This document shows, piece by piece, positions 28,313-32,000 of a stretch of DNA of 32,000 bases. The translations under genes and the position numbers were made by a program. Position 1 is the first letter of the stretch; each line of letters opens with the position of its first letter. Source of the stretch: Moraxella nasovis (GTDB lineage: Bacteria; Pseudomonadota; Gammaproteobacteria; Pseudomonadales; Moraxellaceae); the NCBI RefSeq assembly GCF_022701215.1, contig NZ_CP089976.1, positions 60,001 through 92,000 on the forward strand, given 5' to 3'. The notes below the pieces were generated by a model. The model had not been told where the DNA came from and searched no databases. It was given only the letters and a program-made list of their open reading frames with translations.

Positions 28313-29185
28313 TTGTCAAATTTAACCGTTCGTCTGTACGATACTTCCGTAGAAAATCTGCCAGAAGATCTCTACATACCGCCACAAGCTTTTGCAATTT
28401 GGCTTGAGCAGTTTGCAGGTCCGCTGGATTTTTTGTTATACCTTGTCAAAAAGAACAATTTTGACTTAACCGAAACAGCTATCTTACCTATCACAGAGCA
28501 GTATCTAAGCTACATTAGCGACTTAGATGAGGCTTATTTTGAGCTTGCAGGCGATTATCTACTCATGGCAAGTACTTTAATCGCCATTAAAAGTGAGCTA
28601 CTTTTACCATCTGCTCACATCACCGATGATGAGTTAAACCCAAAAGCAAGACTAATAAGACGGCTTGAAGATTATGCCCAAATTAAAGAAGCAGCACATC
28701 GCTTAGATAAGCTTATTCGCCTTGAGCGTGATGTCTTTTTAGCATTTACAAGTCTGCCAAGCACTGAGGCTATGCAAGCTCAATTGCCAAATTACTCGCC
28801 AGAAATTCTCGTAGATAGCCTTGTAACCATGCAAATCAAGCCTATCAGTCAAACACACGTCGTACAAATCGATCAAGTTCCACTGCCAGAACGCATTGCT
28901 AAGATTAGCCGAATATTAAGCGAAAAAGGCTTTGCGACATTTGATGAGTTATTAGATAAAAACCAAGGCAAGATTGGCGTTGTGGTGAGCTTTGTTGCTG
29001 TATTAGAACTGATTAAGCGTGGGCTTATCGGCTTTGATGAGACGCTCACCGATAGCTTTGATGATGAAAGTGCAGATGAGTATGCCTTACAAGTTATAGA
29101 AAATAAACCCCATAAGAACTCATTGTCAACTACTCATAATATAGGTAAAGAGCTAACTAAACAGACACTTTATTGGTTACATTAG
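28313..29185 (+). CDS. scpA: segregation and condensation protein A (kleisin)
   Basis: 290 aa. FAGPLDFLLYLVKKNNFDLTETAILPITEQY is the ScpA N-terminal signature. The only in-frame start after the upstream stop (28292-28294) is the TTG at 28313. Confidence 0.85.
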   Translation: MSNLTVRLYDTSVENLPEDLYIPPQAFAIWLEQFAGPLDFLLYLVKKNNFDLTETAILPITEQYLSYISDLDEAYFELAGDYLLMASTLIAIKSELLLPSAHITDDELNPKARLIRRLEDYAQIKEAAHRLDKLIRLERDVFLAFTSLPSTEAMQAQLPNYSPEILVDSLVTMQIKPISQTHVVQIDQVPLPERIAKISRILSEKGFATFDELLDKNQGKIGVVVSFVAVLELIKRGLIGFDETLTDSFDDESADEYALQVIENKPHKNSLSTTHNIGKELTKQTLYWLH

Positions 29186-29197
29186 ACTTAAATAACT

Positions 29198-29797
29198 ATG
29201 CAAACTTTCATCCCTACCAAAAACACCCCTGTTAGCGAAACAGACCGTCAAGAGCTACTCAACTCCCATGCTACCTGCGAGGCACTGAGTCGCTACATCG
29301 AGGTGCTACTGCACGCAAGCGAAACACCGCTCACCGACACAGACCTAAAAAAACATCTGTCTATGAGTCATGATGAACTGCAAATGGCACTCATCATCTT
29401 AGAAGAGCGTATGGCAAATAGCGTGCTGGCACTTAGTAAGACAGCAAGCGGTTACCGCCTACAAATCAAAGACAGCTACTCACGACTTATTCAACAAATT
29501 TTCCCAGAACGCTTAGACAATCTTAGCCAAGCCCTACTAGAAACCCTAAGCGTCATCGCCTATAAGCAGCCTGTTACACGGGCAGATATTGAGCAAGTGC
29601 GTGGCGTGAGCGTATCTAGTAACATCTTAAGACAGCTGTTTGATAAAGGGTGGATTATAGAAAAAGGGCATAAAGACACCATTGGCCGCCCTGCTCTTTT
29701 ACATACGACCGCTGCTTTTTTAGATGCGTTTGGCTTGGCAAGTCTTGAAGAGTTACCCAAACTACCTGACTTGGCAAGTCTTAAAGTAGATGGCTAA
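29198..29797 (+). CDS. scpB: SMC-Scp complex subunit ScpB
   Basis: 199 aa. LETLSVIAYKQPVTRADIEQVRGV and GRPALLHTTAAFLDAFGL are present. It starts 12 nt after scpA. Confidence 0.9.
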   Translation: MQTFIPTKNTPVSETDRQELLNSHATCEALSRYIEVLLHASETPLTDTDLKKHLSMSHDELQMALIILEERMANSVLALSKTASGYRLQIKDSYSRLIQQIFPERLDNLSQALLETLSVIAYKQPVTRADIEQVRGVSVSSNILRQLFDKGWIIEKGHKDTIGRPALLHTTAAFLDAFGLASLEELPKLPDLASLKVDG

Positions 29798-29896
29798 ACA
29801 AGTAGCCTAACACACCAAAATATGCTATATTAATAATAGCAATTAACTATTCTCACCACATTGTGAAATGTTATTTTCCATCATACAGGATATCTT

Positions 29897-30874
29897 ATGA
29901 ATAACACCCCTATTAACGATACTCTAACAGAAGAGATCAACAGTCGCCCTATTGGTGATAAACTCCAAAAACTACTCGCCCAAGCGGGTTTAGGCTCTCG
30001 CCGTCAGCTTGAAGAAATCATCAAAGCAGGACGCATTTCTATTAATGGTACCATTGCTAGCCTTGGTGATCGTGCCACTCCCCAAGATGAAGTGCGTGTG
30101 GATGGGCGATTGGTTCGCCTAAAAGCGGAGCGTGAGAAACGCCGCCGTGTCATCGCCTACTATAAGCCAGAAGGCGAAATCTCATCAGCGTCCGACCCAG
30201 AAGGTCGCCCAACCGTCTTTGACCGCCTGCCCAAGCTCACAGGCGACAGATGGGTGATGGTTGGTCGCCTTGACATCAACTCATCAGGACTGCTGTTGTT
30301 TACCAACGATGGCGAGCTTGCTCATCGTCTTATGCACCCATCTAGCGAGATTACTCGTGAATATGCCGTGCGTGTGCTTGGTGAAGTTAGCCCCCAAATC
30401 GCCAAAAATCTCACCCAAGGCGTAGAGCTTGAAGATGGCATGGCAAAATTTGACGACATCAAAGAAGGCGGTGGCACAGGCGTGAACAAATGGTATCACG
30501 TTAGCATTAAAGAAGGTCGCAAGCGTGAAGTTCGCCGTATGTTTGAATCCCAAGAACTCAAAGTCTCACGCCTAATTCGTACTCGCTACGGCACAGTCAT
30601 TCTGCCAAAAGAGCTACGCACAGGACGCTTTCTTGAACTTGATGCCAAAGAGATTGGCAAACTCATTGAGACAGTCGGACTAAGGCCACGTCAAGGTACA
30701 GGACTTAACACCACCACCAAAGAAAAACAAGCTCGTATCCACAAAAAACCGCTCAAATCCCGTGAAGTTCGCCGTCAAAAACACGAACGGCACGAACGTG
30801 AAGAAAAACTCAAAAACCGTATGGGACAAAAACGCACGTCTAATTTTAAAAACGCACGTTTTACCAAAGTATGA
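29897..30874 (+). CDS. rluB: 23S rRNA pseudouridine(2605) synthase
   Basis: 325 aa. An S4 domain (KLQKLLAQAGLGSRRQLEEII), the catalytic VGRLDINSSGLLLFTNDGELAHRLMHP and a basic C-terminal tail are present. Confidence 0.9.
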   Translation: MNNTPINDTLTEEINSRPIGDKLQKLLAQAGLGSRRQLEEIIKAGRISINGTIASLGDRATPQDEVRVDGRLVRLKAEREKRRRVIAYYKPEGEISSASDPEGRPTVFDRLPKLTGDRWVMVGRLDINSSGLLLFTNDGELAHRLMHPSSEITREYAVRVLGEVSPQIAKNLTQGVELEDGMAKFDDIKEGGGTGVNKWYHVSIKEGRKREVRRMFESQELKVSRLIRTRYGTVILPKELRTGRFLELDAKEIGKLIETVGLRPRQGTGLNTTTKEKQARIHKKPLKSREVRRQKHERHEREEKLKNRMGQKRTSNFKNARFTKV

Positions 30875-30902
30875 TTAAAAAAATATGATTAAAAATGATA
30901 AC

Positions 30903-30928
30903 AAACACCCAAATTTTGGGTGTTTTTT
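30903..30928. terminator. Rho-independent terminator after rluB, possibly bidirectional
   Basis: AAACACCC / loop / GGGTGTTT followed by TTTT on the + strand. On the minus strand the same hairpin is followed by TTTGTTATCATTTTT. Confidence 0.7.
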
Positions 30929-31028
30929 GTTTGGGTGGTCATGATGGATTTATAACCTTTTTTTGATAAGAGCGTTTTATTGTACAATAAAGACAATCGC
31001 CATAATCTCATTGAACATCACTTATCTC

Positions 31029-31778
31029 CTAAGTCAAATGTATACATCTCACCACAGCCACACTCACATTATCTAGCTCGGCAATAGTCCGCTTTTTTAA
31101 TGCGGTAAAAATCTGAATTAGCCAATCTTTTAATGACATATTGGTTGGTAATGGCGGAAAATCATCAAACTCACCACAAAGACCATCACTACACAATAGT
31201 AATACTTCATTCTCTTTTAATTTTAATGACATTGAGCTTGCCAAATGTGTCTCATCATCACCTGTCAAATTATCCACACAAAAATATCCCATTAATCCAC
31301 CATAAAAACTGGCATATTCTTGATTAGAATCAACAGCATATGTTTTGGCAAGTTCATTAAAAACGGTATGGTCTTTGGTGAGACATCGCCACGCCTGCCC
31401 ATCATAATGATAAGCTCGACTATCACCCAGATGCTTGATGGTCAAACCATCGCCATCGCCATAAGCACATACCAATGTGCTACCACCGTCATCGCATACG
31501 CCCGCCAGCTTGTCATTTAATTCATTTTGCAACTTGGCAAAATCTACCATACCGTGTGCCTTATAGGCAGTTTTAAGCAAAGTAAGTAAAGTGCGAGCGG
31601 TGCGTGCCGAATGCGGACTTGTGGATACGCCGTCCGCTATCGCCACACAGCATTGGCTCGTGATGATTTGGCGACTGATTACGCCTTGATGTTGATACAC
31701 TTTGGGATAAATCAACAAAGCATCTTGTTGATACGCCCTGCCACCACGCCAAGTAAAGCCTTGAATTTGGTAACTCAT
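31029..31778 (-). CDS. PP2C-family serine/threonine protein phosphatase
   Basis: PP2C motif series: RGGRAYQQDA, AIADGVS (in place of DGMGG), GDSRAY, TKDHT, LCSDGL, and DNVSVAVV. I chose the ATG at 31778, which has GGAG 6 nt upstream. The ORF track extends 12 codons to a TTG at 31814. Confidence 0.7.
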   Translation of the reverse strand: MSYQIQGFTWRGGRAYQQDALLIYPKVYQHQGVISRQIITSQCCVAIADGVSTSPHSARTARTLLTLLKTAYKAHGMVDFAKLQNELNDKLAGVCDDGGSTLVCAYGDGDGLTIKHLGDSRAYHYDGQAWRCLTKDHTVFNELAKTYAVDSNQEYASFYGGLMGYFCVDNLTGDDETHLASSMSLKLKENEVLLLCSDGLCGEFDDFPPLPTNMSLKDWLIQIFTALKKRTIAELDNVSVAVVRCIHLT

Positions 31779-31860
31779 CGTTACTCCAAATAACAACCCA
31801 TCAAAAACGAACAATTTTTGATGGGCAAATGATCATACTCTATTGATTTATCGCTTTAAT

Positions 31861-32000
31861 TTAAAATCCACGTTTGGTTTTATATTCACGCAAAATCTCA
31901 CCAATTCTAGGGGCAAATTTAGCAATATATTCATCGGACAATCCCACTGAACCGCTCGGATGTGGTAGTGTTACCGTTCTACAATGTTCAAAATCTTGGA
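31861..32000 (-). CDS. C-terminal end of an unidentified protein (5' part off the window); weak resemblance to the uracil-DNA glycosylase superfamily motif B
   Basis: My own minus-strand translation reads ...QDFEHCRTVTLPHPSGSVGLSDEYIAKFAPRIGEILREYKTKRGF*, with the stop at 31861-31863. LPHPSG followed by a helix resembles the LPNPSGLS region of Mug/TDG-type glycosylases. Only 46 residues are visible. It ends 82 nt upstream of the PP2C start. Confidence 0.35.
   Translation of the reverse strand, partial: QDFEHCRTVTLPHPSGSVGLSDEYIAKFAPRIGEILREYKTKRGF

Noticed and set aside
27139-30874. trpS-scpA-scpB-rluB cluster as a possible unusual system
   Set aside because: I recall this arrangement being conserved in other proteobacteria that use SMC-ScpAB rather than MukBEF, though I could not check this. 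All four proteins look canonical.
31270-31278. Perfect DnaA box TTATCCACA
   Set aside because: It is a single copy inside the PP2C coding sequence. There is no cluster, AT-rich unwinding element or dnaA/dnaN/gidA context, and one 9-mer hit is near chance expectation for 32 kb on both strands.
1-32000. Scan for CRISPR repeats, tRNA/rRNA genes, IS/transposase/integrase genes, toxin-antitoxin pairs and long (>30 bp) dispersed repeats
   Set aside because: I could see none by eye. Every intergenic region over 100 bp is accounted for by promoters, terminators or the decayed ORF at 6249-6497. A computational repeat/tRNA scan would be needed to be certain.

Overview
This window looks like ordinary core chromosome from an AT-rich gammaproteobacterium. 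Gene content and protein sequences suggest Moraxellaceae (Moraxella, Psychrobacter or Acinetobacter-like), but that is an inference I could not verify by search. About 30 tightly packed genes are nearly all housekeeping. They cover nitrogen assimilation (glnE, glnA, a GltB-domain FMN protein), tRNA/rRNA modification (tusD-tusC-tusE, trmL, ttcA, rlmKL, rluB), serC, gloB, hemW, an RhlB-like DEAD-box helicase, a CspA-family gene, aroQ, an MscS-family channel, lysO, uvrB, rubredoxin plus an alpha/beta hydrolase, cysE, trpS and scpA-scpB. By eye I found no tRNA or rRNA genes, CRISPR array, IS element, integrase or prophage genes. I do not see convincing evidence for a large novel multi-gene system. 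The best second-look candidates are modest: (1) an orphan PP2C-type phosphatase at the right edge whose operon runs off the window; (2) a tusD-tusC-tusE cluster with no room for tusB; (3) a 439-bp gap holding a decayed signal-peptide/beta-barrel-like ORF behind an 8-nt homopolymer tract, with its own terminator; (4) a lipoprotein plus small membrane protein pair of unknown function; (5) rubredoxin coupled directly to an esterase-like hydrolase with no reductase gene; (6) unusual charged extensions on RlmKL, TtcA and CysE; (7) several perfect palindromes and short tandem duplications in promoter regions. All protein identifications come from motif and sequence recognition by eye, not database searches.
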